32,000 nt of DNA, taken from positions 1 to 32,000 of the forward strand of contig NZ_SODD01000022.1 of assembly GCF_004365815.1 (NCBI RefSeq). The letters are read 5' to 3'. Source of the stretch: Breznakia blatticola. GTDB taxonomy: Bacteria; Bacillota_I; Bacilli_A; Erysipelotrichales; Erysipelotrichaceae. How positions within the stretch are numbered: the first letter of the stretch is position 1; each line of letters starts with the position of its first letter. The translations under genes and the position numbers were made by a program. The notes beneath the pieces are model-generated. The model saw only the letters and a program-made list of their open reading frames with translations. It had not been told where the DNA came from and made no database searches. Shown here piece by piece: positions 1-13,604 of the stretch.

Positions 1-396
1 ATACTCGGCTATAGTTGATATATAGAATTAAAAAATTAAGAAAGAAGAAGAGGTAGACTATAGAAAGAAAAATTTACAACATTGATGGCATGTATAAGCT
101 TCGAAGCAGAAATGAGACAGGTCTAGTTACCTACGATTCTCCTTTTCTGGCACGAGTGATAATTAAATGTAATGCAAACACGTAATTATAGAAGCTTGTG
201 ATCCACGTATTAAGATTATAGAACTAATTTGACAGGCCATTAACCTGAGGTAACCAATCCTAGAATAACAGAGTGGTTAACTGTCGATAAGATCTTGTTT
301 ATTCGGGGCTTTTATGTGCCATTGATGACAATTTAATAATTAAGGTTATTATGAATGTAAATTTACTCTTGACAATGGTCACTTCATAACAGGAGA

Positions 397-705
397 ATGA
401 ATCGTATGAAAATTCTATTAATATGTGCGAATGGCTTATCAACAAGTATATTGATGAGCAAAATGGAAAAATGGGGAAAAAGCAATAATGTAGATTTAGA
501 AGTTAAAGCGGTACCTATGAGTGATTATGGAAATATTTATCAGGACTATGATTGTATCTTAATCGGACCGCAAGTAGCATATAGATTAGATGAAATTCGT
601 GATACAGCGGTAGGAAAACCAGTAGAAAAAATAAATCCAACTGATTATGGATTAGGAAATGTAGAAAATATTATGAAACAGGTTCAATCTGTTTTAAACA
701 ATTAG
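397..705 (+). CDS. PTS EIIB component, lactose/cellobiose family
   Basis: 102-aa ORF with the N-terminal MKILLICANGLSTS phospho-Cys loop typical of EIIB(Cel). AGGAG at 391-395 is too close to the ATG at 397 and fits the ATG at 406 better, so the true start is probably 406. An EIIC gene follows directly. Confidence 0.85.
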   Translation: MNRMKILLICANGLSTSILMSKMEKWGKSNNVDLEVKAVPMSDYGNIYQDYDCILIGPQVAYRLDEIRDTAVGKPVEKINPTDYGLGNVENIMKQVQSVLNN

Positions 706-717
706 GGGGACAAATAT

Positions 718-3511
<2,794 letters not shown>

Positions 3512-3518
3512 TAATATT

Positions 3519-3555
3519 AAAAAGTAATAGGATAAATTATTCTATTACTTTTTAA
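3519..3555 (+). terminator. Rho-independent terminator after the first PTS/GH1 operon
   Basis: Inverted repeat aaaagtaatag (3520-3530) / ctattactttt (3542-3552) with an 11-nt loop, running into a T-tract. Confidence 0.7.
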
Positions 3556-3781
3556 TGATTTAAACATAGAACAAAATGGATCAGAATCTGATAATGTTTT
3601 TGTTCGTCTAGAATTTTATCAATACAAAGTTACTAAAGAATATAGAAGGAAGTTATTTGTCGCTTTCTCTAGAGCAAAGAATAATCTATATATTTCATAT
3701 AAGGATAAAAAAATTTATAACTCCACGATACATGAATTGTTACTATATAATTTAACCCTATTGAATAATAATGTCGACTGA
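3536..3781 (+). pseudogene. C-terminal remnant of a UvrD/PcrA-like superfamily-1 helicase (no start codon, N-terminus missing)
   Basis: The open frame reads ...NGSESDNVFVRLEFYQYKVTKEYRRKLFVAFSRAKNNLYISYKDKK...VD*, with the stop at 3779-3781. The (G)SE.D.V.V and R.LFVA.SRAK..LYIS strings resemble helicase motifs V/VI of UvrD-like or AAA-nuclease/helicase proteins. Only about 80 codons remain. Confidence 0.5.
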
Positions 3782-4245
3782 AAACTTAGCCTAATAAAAT
3801 TTGCGAAAGCTGAAAGTAATGAATTCAGAAACCAACGAACAAGAATTATCAAAAGTTAGTGATAAAGAATTGAAAATTGAGATAAATCAGACAGATGATT
3901 ACTTTTTACAATGAAACTTTTGAGTTTAAAATAGTCAATATTAATTTAGTGAAGACAATATATTCATATATAGATCCGTGAATTGATATCAGATTCAAAC
4001 TGATAAAAAAGTTTTCTATACATATAAAGGATATGCTATGCCTACGAACCTTTATCCGGCGCGTAAGGAGGAGACAATTTGGCGAAAGAAGCGGCAGCAT
4101 TGAAAAAGCGATAATAAAGTAAACAAATATACGTACACATTATGATATTAGCTCTATTTAATTAGTAAATCAGCTTAAATTCCTAATGCTAAAATCTTAT
4201 AATTTTAAAAGATTCAAGAAATGACATAACGAATGTGAAAATTAT

Positions 4246-4254
4246 TGTTATAAT
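4246..4254 (+). promoter_or_regulatory. Extended -10 promoter element (TGtTATAAT) upstream of the RpiR gene
   Basis: TG at 4246-4247 and TATAAT at 4249-4254. No good -35 was seen. This makes the GTG at 4235 an unlikely start codon. Confidence 0.4.
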
Positions 4255-4270
4255 ACAACTAGGTGAATAT

Positions 4271-5158
4271 ATGTTAATTGTGGAAAAACTAAAGTTAAAA
4301 AATAATATGTCAATGAGTGAAGAGACCGTCGCTGATTTTCTAATGTCCCTTGCTAAAGATGTGGAGAAGTATTCTACACGTAATATTGCAGAGGTTACCT
4401 ATACATCTCCAGCAACTGTTATTAGATTATGTAAAAAACTTGGTTTCAAAGGTTTTGATGACTTCAAGATTCAATACCTAAAGGAAATAGACTATTTAGA
4501 TCAACAATATGGGAAAATTGATGTTAATTTTCCGTTTTCAAAAAATGATTCCATAATGAAGATGACAAATAAAATGGTTAGTTTGTATGAAGAGACGATA
4601 AGAGATACATTTTCATTAATGAAACATGATGTAATAAAAAATGCTTCAAACTTAATGAAACATTCAAATGCTATTCATATTTTTTCATCAGGAACAACAT
4701 TAAATCAAGCGGAATGTTTTAAAGAAAAAATGCTGAAGATTGGCAAACAGGTAATTATTTCCAATAATTTGAATTATCAATTGTATGAGGCGAACTGTAT
4801 TCAACAAGGTGATATTGCGATTATTATCTCATATTCAGGTGAAACAAAGAATATTGTAAATATTGCGAAATCTTGTAAGCAACGTGGTATTCCAATTATT
4901 GCAATTACTTCTTTTGGGGAAAATACACTTTCTCAGATCTCGTTTTGTAAATTGATCATATCGACGAAAGAGAGTTTATTTAAAAACATCGGAGATTTTA
5001 GTATTCATTTATCCGTGAATTTAATTTTAGATGTATTATATTCATCATATTTTTTACTAGACTATGATACGAATTATCAGTCAAAGCTTGCCTCTGCAAG
5101 ATTATTAGAAAACTTACGAAGTTCTTCAAATCCAATTATTATGAACGATGAAGATTGA
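4271..5158 (+). CDS. RpiR/MurR-family transcriptional regulator (HTH + SIS domain)
   Basis: N-terminal HTH_6-like region (STRNIAEVTYTSPATVIRLCKKLGFKGFDDFK) and a C-terminal SIS sugar-phosphate-binding region (IHIFSSGTT...IAIIISYSGETK). AGGTGA RBS at 4261-4266 precedes the ATG at 4271. The track ORF starts earlier, at the GTG at 4235. Confidence 0.85.
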   Translation: MLIVEKLKLKNNMSMSEETVADFLMSLAKDVEKYSTRNIAEVTYTSPATVIRLCKKLGFKGFDDFKIQYLKEIDYLDQQYGKIDVNFPFSKNDSIMKMTNKMVSLYEETIRDTFSLMKHDVIKNASNLMKHSNAIHIFSSGTTLNQAECFKEKMLKIGKQVIISNNLNYQLYEANCIQQGDIAIIISYSGETKNIVNIAKSCKQRGIPIIAITSFGENTLSQISFCKLIISTKESLFKNIGDFSIHLSVNLILDVLYSSYFLLDYDTNYQSKLASARLLENLRSSSNPIIMNDED

Positions 5159-5170
5159 AACGCTGTTTAA

Positions 5171-6697
<1,527 letters not shown>

Positions 6698-6703
6698 ACA
6701 CTT

Positions 6704-7273
6704 ATGGATAAAGAACTACTAATAAAAAGAGGGATTGCATTCTTTATTGATTTCTATCTTGGTGCATTAGTAAGTACCATACCCATTTCTATCATTTCAG
6801 TAACTACAATAAAAACAATGACTCAAAATGTTTTTTTACTGGAAAAGGATATAGCAATAATTGCTGTGATGTTAGGATTATTTATGTTATGTATTTATTA
6901 TTTTGTAGTTCCAAGTTATATATTTCCATCACAAACAGTTGGAAAAAAGATAATTGGGATTACCATTGATTTAAATCAGAAGAAAAAGCAAAAATCACTA
7001 TTTAAACGTCAAGTAATAGGATATATGCTACTTGAAGGATCATTAACGCCTACAGGAAAATTAGTATTTCAATTAATCAGCTTACTTAGTGGATACAATA
7101 TTGTATCGATTGGACTAGATGTTGGTAACTACATTACAATAGCATCAGTAGGATTATTACTGTGTGGAAGAAGACATCTCATGATTCATGATTATTTAGG
7201 TAAATCAAATGTTATTATCAATAATTCTGAAAAAGGAAAACGGATTGTGAAATTAAAGGAGAAGAAAATATGA
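6704..7273 (+). CDS. RDD-family small integral membrane protein
   Basis: 189 aa. KRGIAFFIDFYLG near the N-terminus and MIHDYLGKSNVI near the C-terminus match the R..D...D pattern of RDD-domain proteins, with hydrophobic helices between them. AAGGAG RBS present. Confidence 0.6.
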   Translation: MDKELLIKRGIAFFIDFYLGALVSTIPISIISVTTIKTMTQNVFLLEKDIAIIAVMLGLFMLCIYYFVVPSYIFPSQTVGKKIIGITIDLNQKKKQKSLFKRQVIGYMLLEGSLTPTGKLVFQLISLLSGYNIVSIGLDVGNYITIASVGLLLCGRRHLMIHDYLGKSNVIINNSEKGKRIVKLKEKKI

Positions 7274-8580
7274 ATAATATAATGAATAAATTTGAAAGTT
7301 TCTTGATGCCGATTGCTGAGAAGATTACAAGCAATCGATATTTAAGTGCAATCAAAGAAGGATTTTTTGGAGCGACACCAATATTGATTGCCGGATCAAT
7401 ATTTCTATTATTTACAAGTATCCCTATTGATGGATACGCAGCTTTTATGGAGAGAACATTCTCATCAAATTGGATGGATTTCTTCTATATTCCATATCAA
7501 GCTAGTTTTAAATTAATGGCAATTTTTGTAGTTATTGGAGCTGCAAAATCATTAGCTGATTACTATAGTGTTGATGTGAAATTGGCTTGTGCATTGACTT
7601 TGGTTGGTATTTTTATTTTAACACCAATTATTGTTACTGAAGAAGGTGTAAAAGGATTTCCGTTAGATAATTTAAGTGCTGCAGGATTATTTGTCTGTTT
7701 ACTTGTTACATTTATATCGGTGGAAATATATCGATACTGTGTACAACGCGGATTTACAATCAAAATGCCTGAAACAGTACCTCAAAATGTATCAACAGCA
7801 TTCGCTGCAGTTATTCCAGCTTTTGTGATTATCATGGTATTCAATGTCATTCGATTAATTTTTAGTTTAACTGATTATGCATCAGCACAAACATTTATTT
7901 TTACTATTTTACAACAACCTTTACAATCACTTGGTGGAACACTACCTGCAACAGTATTTGTTTTATTACTAGAAAGTGTAATTTGGTGTTTTGGATTACA
8001 TGGATCAAGTATTGTATCTTCAGTTATGAATCCAATTTGGTATGCACAATCTGCAGAAAACTTGGCTGCTGTTGAAGCTGGACTAGCAATACCTAATATT
8101 GTGAACTATCAATTCATCGCTCACTTTGTAAAAATTGGAGGGGTTGGAGCAACACTAGGATTATCCCTTCTTTGTTTATTCAAAGCAAAGTCAAATCAAT
8201 ACAAGGCTTTAGGAAAACTCTCTGTAGGGGCATCCATTTTCAATATCAATGAACCAGTGATATTCGGATTCCCAATTATCTTAAACCCAATGATGATGAT
8301 TCCATTTATATTGTCTAATGTGCTTGTTGGAGTGGTAACATATCTGGCTATTTCAACAGGACTTGTACCGATGATTAATGGAGTAAATTTACCATACACA
8401 TTACCAATCATCATTTCTGGGTTTATGTTATGTGGTGTGCAAGGGGCAATTCTTCAGGTAGTATTATTGGCAATGACCACTATTATTTACTACCCATTCT
8501 TTAGTGTACAAGATCGCCAAGCATATCAACGTGAGTTAGAACAGGAAAAAATGAAAGAACTTGAAGCAACAAATGCATAA
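7270..8580 (+). CDS. PTS EIIC permease, lactose/cellobiose family (second copy)
   Basis: 436-aa polytopic protein with the WCFGLHGS motif, and overall colinear with the EIIC at 718-2067. Its ATGA start/stop overlaps the RDD gene. Confidence 0.85.
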   Translation: MNNIMNKFESFLMPIAEKITSNRYLSAIKEGFFGATPILIAGSIFLLFTSIPIDGYAAFMERTFSSNWMDFFYIPYQASFKLMAIFVVIGAAKSLADYYSVDVKLACALTLVGIFILTPIIVTEEGVKGFPLDNLSAAGLFVCLLVTFISVEIYRYCVQRGFTIKMPETVPQNVSTAFAAVIPAFVIIMVFNVIRLIFSLTDYASAQTFIFTILQQPLQSLGGTLPATVFVLLLESVIWCFGLHGSSIVSSVMNPIWYAQSAENLAAVEAGLAIPNIVNYQFIAHFVKIGGVGATLGLSLLCLFKAKSNQYKALGKLSVGASIFNINEPVIFGFPIILNPMMMIPFILSNVLVGVVTYLAISTGLVPMINGVNLPYTLPIIISGFMLCGVQGAILQVVLLAMTTIIYYPFFSVQDRQAYQRELEQEKMKELEATNA

Positions 8581-8607
8581 AAATGAATGTGTAAAGAGTC
8601 GTTGTAA

Positions 8608-9525
8608 ATGAATTTAATAGTGGTAGCAAGTCAAATGATGAAATTGTTTAGTGTAATTTTATTTGGTTATGGCGTTGGTAAATGTTTTCATTTTCATGAA
8701 ATGTTCAATCAAGATTTAACGAAATTTGTATTACATATTACAATGCCACTTATGATTATTGGTTCTGTACTATCGTTGGAGCAAATCACGCATATAGAAA
8801 TAAAGGACATCGCATATTCCATAGTGATTTTAGTTGTAATTCTTCCAATTGTATCTTGGATCATTATAAAGAATATTCCTAAAGTAGAAGAAAAGGGGTT
8901 GATTATATTTCTATTAATGTATCCTAATGTTGGATTTATGGGCTTTCCTGTTATCCAATCAATACTTGGCAAGGAAGCATTATTTAATGTTGCGATTATC
9001 AATATGGCATTTAATGTATCACTATTTACCATAGGTCAGTTGGTGATAGGATATCAATCAACAGATAAAGTGAAAATACGACTATCACAATTATTATCAC
9101 CAGGAATCATTGCATCACTATTAGCCATATGTATTGTTAGTTTTCAAATAGAAATACCAGAAATTATAGGAGAAGTTATATTCAGTATTGGTGATATGAC
9201 TACACCTTTAGCAATGATAACTATAGGATTGACACTTTCCAATTACAATATCAAGAAAATACTATGTGGGTATAAAGGGTATTTACTTTCAGTAATCATC
9301 GATATTGGCATTCCATTATTATTTTATCCACTAGTATCACTTTTGATTACTGATGTATTGATTCGCCAAATCACAATCATTATATTGTCACTACCTGTGG
9401 CAAATGCAGTAGTGTTAATTGCAAAAAAACAAGGAGCAGATGAATTGCTTGCGACACAAACTGTACTGTTGTCAACGTTATTATCGATTCTGACAATACC
9501 ACTGATAATATATATTCTGCTCTAA
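8608..9525 (+). CDS. AEC (auxin-efflux-carrier / Mem_trans) family transporter
   Basis: 305-aa protein with about 10 TM segments. The two-repeat hydrophobic architecture and the size are typical of bacterial AEC permeases. The family call rests on general resemblance only. Confidence 0.55.
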   Translation: MNLIVVASQMMKLFSVILFGYGVGKCFHFHEMFNQDLTKFVLHITMPLMIIGSVLSLEQITHIEIKDIAYSIVILVVILPIVSWIIIKNIPKVEEKGLIIFLLMYPNVGFMGFPVIQSILGKEALFNVAIINMAFNVSLFTIGQLVIGYQSTDKVKIRLSQLLSPGIIASLLAICIVSFQIEIPEIIGEVIFSIGDMTTPLAMITIGLTLSNYNIKKILCGYKGYLLSVIIDIGIPLLFYPLVSLLITDVLIRQITIIILSLPVANAVVLIAKKQGADELLATQTVLLSTLLSILTIPLIIYILL

Positions 9526-9537
9526 AATGGAGGAAAC

Positions 9538-9840
9538 ATGACAAAAATAGTATTAGTATGCGCGGCTGGGATGTCAACAAGTTTATTGGTTGAAAAAATA
9601 AAAAAGGCTGCAGAAATGAAAGGACTAGATTATGAAGTAAGTGCACATCCAGTTGCTCAAGTTGTCGAAAAAGCAAGTGGTGCAGATGTAATATTACTAG
9701 GACCACAAGTGCGTTTTCAATTAAATAAGGTAAAAGATTTATTACCTAAGATTCCAGTAGAAGCAATTGATATGGCTGCATATGGAACAATGGATGGAGA
9801 TAAAGTTATTGAGCAAGTACAAAGAATGGTAGGAAAATAA
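9538..9840 (+). CDS. PTS EIIB component, lactose/cellobiose family (second copy)
   Basis: 100 aa with the KIVLVCAAGMSTSLLV phospho-Cys loop. GGAGG RBS present. Confidence 0.85.
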   Translation: MTKIVLVCAAGMSTSLLVEKIKKAAEMKGLDYEVSAHPVAQVVEKASGADVILLGPQVRFQLNKVKDLLPKIPVEAIDMAAYGTMDGDKVIEQVQRMVGK

Positions 9841-9841
9841 G

Positions 9842-10153
9842 ATGGAAGGAATGGAATTAATATCGTTTCAAATTATCTCGTCAGTTGGCACTGCACGCAG
9901 TATGTATATTGAGGCAATTCAAGCTGCAAAAAATAAAGACTTCGCTAAAGCAAAAGAATTAATAAGTGAAGGTGAAAAGATTTCTATCGAAGGCCATCAT
10001 GCACACGCTGCATTGGTCCAAAAAGAAGCTGATGGTGAAAAAATACAGACAACATTGTTGCTTATTCATGCAGAGGATCAATTGATGAGTGCAGAAGGAT
10101 TTAAAATTATAGCTGAAGAGTTAGTTGAACTATATAAAATGCAAACTGTATAA
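9842..10153 (+). CDS. PTS EIIA component, lactose/cellobiose family
   Basis: 103-aa helical protein. SSVGTARS...GHHAHAALVQKEA...LLLIHAEDQLMSA matches the EIIA(Lac/Cel) pattern, including the phosphorylatable His in the IHAEDQLM-type motif. Confidence 0.85.
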   Translation: MEGMELISFQIISSVGTARSMYIEAIQAAKNKDFAKAKELISEGEKISIEGHHAHAALVQKEADGEKIQTTLLLIHAEDQLMSAEGFKIIAEELVELYKMQTV

Positions 10154-10366
10154 ATGATCGAAAACACCAAAAACATGAAATTGGATAAAAATCTAAAATA
10201 CGTGTTTGGCATTGTGCAATTGTTTAAGTTTGAACACGAGATAAATGATTTAAAAAGATGGGTCAGAGCAAAAGACTCATCTTTTTTACGTACTAATGCT
10301 GATAATTTTGCTGAAATGCTATTGTAAGAAAGAAATCATGCAAAATCAGATAAACATGCTAGATAG

Positions 10367-10693
10367 TTCTATGAGTGGTGTCACGGTAATGATTGGCAAT
10401 CAATTGTAGACAAAGATACAAAAGCACTAGTTGAATTATCAAATTCTGACTATTTGTTTTGTAAGCCCATAGAAAAGTTACATGTTCCATTATTAATGAT
10501 TGGTAGTAAAGACGATGAAATGTGTAGAGATGATATTGAGGACGAATATAATGAATTATCAAAGATTGTTCATGATGCAACAATCGAAATGTTTGATAAT
10601 GGAAATCATCTATTGATTTTATCTCGAGCTATCGAAGTAGCCGACAGTATCAAGAGATTCATTCATACAAATGATATAAAAATGAGTACATAG
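10367..10693 (+). pseudogene. Truncated alpha/beta-hydrolase gene (C-terminal third only)
   Basis: The open frame after the TAG at 10364-10366 reads ...LHVPLLMIGSKDDEM...MFDNGNHLLIL.... This looks like the Asp- and His-bearing C-terminal strands of an alpha/beta hydrolase. No GxSxG nucleophile elbow and no plausible N-terminus exist between 10154 and 10366. Confidence 0.55.
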
Positions 10694-10819
10694 TGCGAGT
10701 AATGTTTTTGTACGATGATGTAGAGTCTTTGTCGGTTTGCCAAGTGTAAAGAGCGAGTATTTGTTTAGGATGTAAACCTTTAAAGTTTAGATCTTATGCA
10801 AGTTCAAACAATATATATA

Positions 10820-10851
10820 TTAGCAAGAACATGTTCTTGCTAATTTTATTT
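10820..10851. terminator. Perfect 24-nt palindrome plus T-tract (terminator-like)
   Basis: ttagcaagaaca/tgttcttgctaa (10820-10843) is a perfect inverted repeat followed by ttttatttt. It lies between the hydrolase remnant and the SNF2 gene. Confidence 0.65.
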
Positions 10852-10944
10852 TCTTTATATGCATAACGTATTTTTGTTCTTGTTGTGTAGCGTCATAAAA
10901 AGTGTAGATATTGCAATAGACTATCTACTTGAATCAATTTGTCA

Positions 10945-10953
10945 TGGTATACT
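10945..10953 (+). promoter_or_regulatory. Extended -10 promoter (TGgTATACT) for the SNF2/SWIM pair
   Basis: TG at 10945-10946 and TATACT at 10948-10953, about 24 nt before the ATG at 10977. A GGGGG RBS-like run lies at about 10968. TTGAAT lies upstream, but with only about a 13-nt spacer. Confidence 0.4.
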
Positions 10954-10976
10954 ATAGGTAAATATATGGGGGTTGT

Positions 10977-13604
10977 ATGACAAAACATAATAAATTAGAA
11001 TTCATTTTTACCACAGATAGTTTTGTGGTTGATCAACCGCAAATCGTTCTTAGTCATGAACAAGAAAAATGGAAACAAGCTTTTTTGAAAAATCGCTACT
11101 ATGCATTATATCAATTTGGCTTGCATAACACTGAGGATTCTATTAGTTTCTCTGCATATTACTTGCGAGAAATAGTACAGACTTTTTTTAGAGAAATAAC
11201 GAATAGTCCTGACCTGGAATTGTTAAGAGATAAAGCAAAACTTAAGTTATCAAAAAATGCGATGAATGACTTATTAAGTAAGGTACCATTTGTTGTTGGT
11301 AATGAATATGTTGATAAGAAGTGGATTGCAAATATAATTAAAGAATTGCTAAAAATATTCAGAACTGAGATTAAAGCTTATAAAGGTTCTGTAAATTTAT
11401 ATATTACTGAAAAAAGCCAAAATTTACGAGTGCCTGAACGTGTCTTTTTTCATTTGGTCGAAAACAAGGAGGGGGAATATCCATTTGCATTTTTAGCTAC
11501 ATATGCTACAGAAGAAAGTAAAGGAAAAGTAAAACATGTACCTTTGGCGTATGCACTGACAGAGTTTAAGAATGACCGTTCAAAACTTTTGCAGCTTCTA
11601 GGTTGTTTAAATAAAGTCGCAGATGTATCAAATCTAATTGGTGGGTTTATTGAAAGTGGTGAATTATTTCATTCACTTGGCTTAGACGAACAAGAAGCAT
11701 ATCAATTTTTAAAAGATATACCGGCAATTGAACAAGCTGGTGTCTTGTGCCGAGTTCCAGATTGGTGGAAGCAGAAGAATGCGTCGGTTTCGATGAATGT
11801 GGTATTAGGAGAAAAGGAACCTACACTACTTGGGGCTGATTCATTGTTGAGTTTGCAACCAAAACTTATGGTTGATGGAGTGGAACTGACAAGACAGGAA
11901 GTGGAACAACTTTTAAAGGAAAGTGAAGGACTTGCATTACTAAAAGGAAAATGGGTAGAAGTCAATCATGAGAAGTTACAAAAATTGTTAGATCAAATTG
12001 ACGAAGTTGATCGTGATGATGTAAGTTTATTTGAAGCATTACGAATGGGATTGCATGGAACAGACGACACAGAAGATCCAGATGGCAATGTATATATAAG
12101 TAATGGAATGTGGATGAATAAATTCTTGCATAAATTGAGAACACCATCAATTATCAAAGGGGCAAAAGAACCGAGTAGTTTTCTAGCAACCTTACGTCCA
12201 TATCAAAAAAATGGATTTCACTGGCTCGATTATATGCATCAACTAGGTTTAGGAGCATGTATCGCTGATGATATGGGGTTAGGTAAAACGGTACAAGTTC
12301 TAGCTTATTTAGAGCGTTTACGTACTACAAAAACGGACGCAAAAGTATTACTTGTGGTTCCTGCATCATTATTAGGAAACTGGGAAAAAGAGATCAATAA
12401 ATTTGCACCTGAAATGGATTACTATATTTTGCATGGGAAAAGTGCAAAACTGTTAGAACTTGATTTTAAAGAACAATCATCATTTTTGGTGATGACAACA
12501 TATGGAATGGCTAGTCGTATAGAAAGTATCAAAGACGAAGTATGGGATACACTTGTACTAGATGAAGCGCAAGCGATTAAAAATCCATCGACTAAACAAA
12601 CAAGAGCGATTAAGAAACTACAAGGAAGAATGCGCATTATAATGACAGGAACACCAATTGAGAATAACTTGACAAACTTATGGTCATTATTTGATTTTCT
12701 TAACAAAGGATTGCTTGGGACTTCAACAGAATTTGGTGATTTCTGTAAGGAATTAGCTAAAGAAGCTTCTGGTTATGCACGTTTAAAATCTATTGTTTCA
12801 CCATTTATGTTACGTCGTTTAAAATCTGATAAAAAGATTATTAGTGATTTACCGGACAAAATCGAAATGATTGATCATATTAATTTGTCGAAGAAACAAG
12901 TGGTATTGTATCGTAAACTTGTTGATGATTTAGGTAGAACTTTACATGAAGTGGAAGGAATCAATCGACGCGGGGTAGTACTTGCATATTTAACAAAGTT
13001 TAAACAATTATGTAATCACCCAGATCAATATTTAGGACAAGAGATTTATACACCAAACGAAAGTGGAAAGTTTGAGTATTTACGCGAGTTATGCGAGACG
13101 ATTTATGAAAAAAGAGAACGTCTATTAATTTTCACGCAGTTTACTGAAGTGATACCTCAACTGCAAGATTTTCTAACAGGTATCTTTAAACAAGAAGGAC
13201 TTGTATTGCATGGAAAGACTTCAATTAAAAAACGCCAGGAAATTGTTGATACATTCCAAGGGGAAGCATATGTTCCGTATGTAATTTTATCTTTAAAAGC
13301 AGGAGGGACTGGTTTGAATTTGACCAAAGCAAGTCATGTCATTCATTTTGATCGTTGGTGGAATCCAGCAGTTGAAAATCAAGCAACAGATCGTGCTTAC
13401 CGTATTGGTCAAAAGCAAAATGTAATGGTACATAAATTTGTTTGTAGAGGCACGATTGAAGAAAAAATCGATGCATTAATTAATTCAAAAAAAGAACTTG
13501 CTGAAAATGTAATTGGATCTGGCGGAGAAAACTGGATTACCGAGATGAGCAACCAAGAATTAATGGATATGTTAAAACTAGATACAGGAGCAGGATATGA
13601 GTAG
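10977..13604 (+). CDS. SNF2/SWI2-family DNA-dependent ATPase with a ~400-aa bacterial SNF2-associated N-terminal region (YwqA-like)
   Basis: 875 aa. Motifs present: LRPYQKNGFHWL, ADDMGLGKT (GKT at 12282-12290), LVLDEAQAIKN (DEAQ at 12561-12572), MTGTPIENNL, LKAGGTGLNLT and FDRWWNPAVENQATDRAYRIGQ. The N-terminal half has no helicase motifs (VFFHLVEN...PFAFLATY). Confidence 0.9.
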   Translation: MTKHNKLEFIFTTDSFVVDQPQIVLSHEQEKWKQAFLKNRYYALYQFGLHNTEDSISFSAYYLREIVQTFFREITNSPDLELLRDKAKLKLSKNAMNDLLSKVPFVVGNEYVDKKWIANIIKELLKIFRTEIKAYKGSVNLYITEKSQNLRVPERVFFHLVENKEGEYPFAFLATYATEESKGKVKHVPLAYALTEFKNDRSKLLQLLGCLNKVADVSNLIGGFIESGELFHSLGLDEQEAYQFLKDIPAIEQAGVLCRVPDWWKQKNASVSMNVVLGEKEPTLLGADSLLSLQPKLMVDGVELTRQEVEQLLKESEGLALLKGKWVEVNHEKLQKLLDQIDEVDRDDVSLFEALRMGLHGTDDTEDPDGNVYISNGMWMNKFLHKLRTPSIIKGAKEPSSFLATLRPYQKNGFHWLDYMHQLGLGACIADDMGLGKTVQVLAYLERLRTTKTDAKVLLVVPASLLGNWEKEINKFAPEMDYYILHGKSAKLLELDFKEQSSFLVMTTYGMASRIESIKDEVWDTLVLDEAQAIKNPSTKQTRAIKKLQGRMRIIMTGTPIENNLTNLWSLFDFLNKGLLGTSTEFGDFCKELAKEASGYARLKSIVSPFMLRRLKSDKKIISDLPDKIEMIDHINLSKKQVVLYRKLVDDLGRTLHEVEGINRRGVVLAYLTKFKQLCNHPDQYLGQEIYTPNESGKFEYLRELCETIYEKRERLLIFTQFTEVIPQLQDFLTGIFKQEGLVLHGKTSIKKRQEIVDTFQGEAYVPYVILSLKAGGTGLNLTKASHVIHFDRWWNPAVENQATDRAYRIGQKQNVMVHKFVCRGTIEEKIDALINSKKELAENVIGSGGENWITEMSNQELMDMLKLDTGAGYE

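Noticed and set aside
1-396. Long ORF-free leader upstream of the first PTS operon. It was examined for a BglG/LicT-type RAT-terminator antitermination switch, a riboswitch, and a promoter at TTGACA (370-375).
   Set aside because: I saw no convincing RAT-like sequence, no stable terminator hairpin with a U-tract, and no -10 at a proper distance from the TTGACA. All three forward frames have stops within the first 30 nt. A regulatory RNA cannot be excluded, but I cannot support one.
3906-4100. 64-aa minus-strand ORF in the debris region between the PTS operons
   Set aside because: It has no RBS and no recognisable motif, and its composition is implausible. It spans the GC-rich patch and AT-rich spacer and is probably fortuitous.
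10359-10583. 74-aa minus-strand ORF overlapping the hydrolase remnant
   Set aside because: It is antisense to a frame that carries recognisable alpha/beta-hydrolase C-terminal motifs. No RBS is present.
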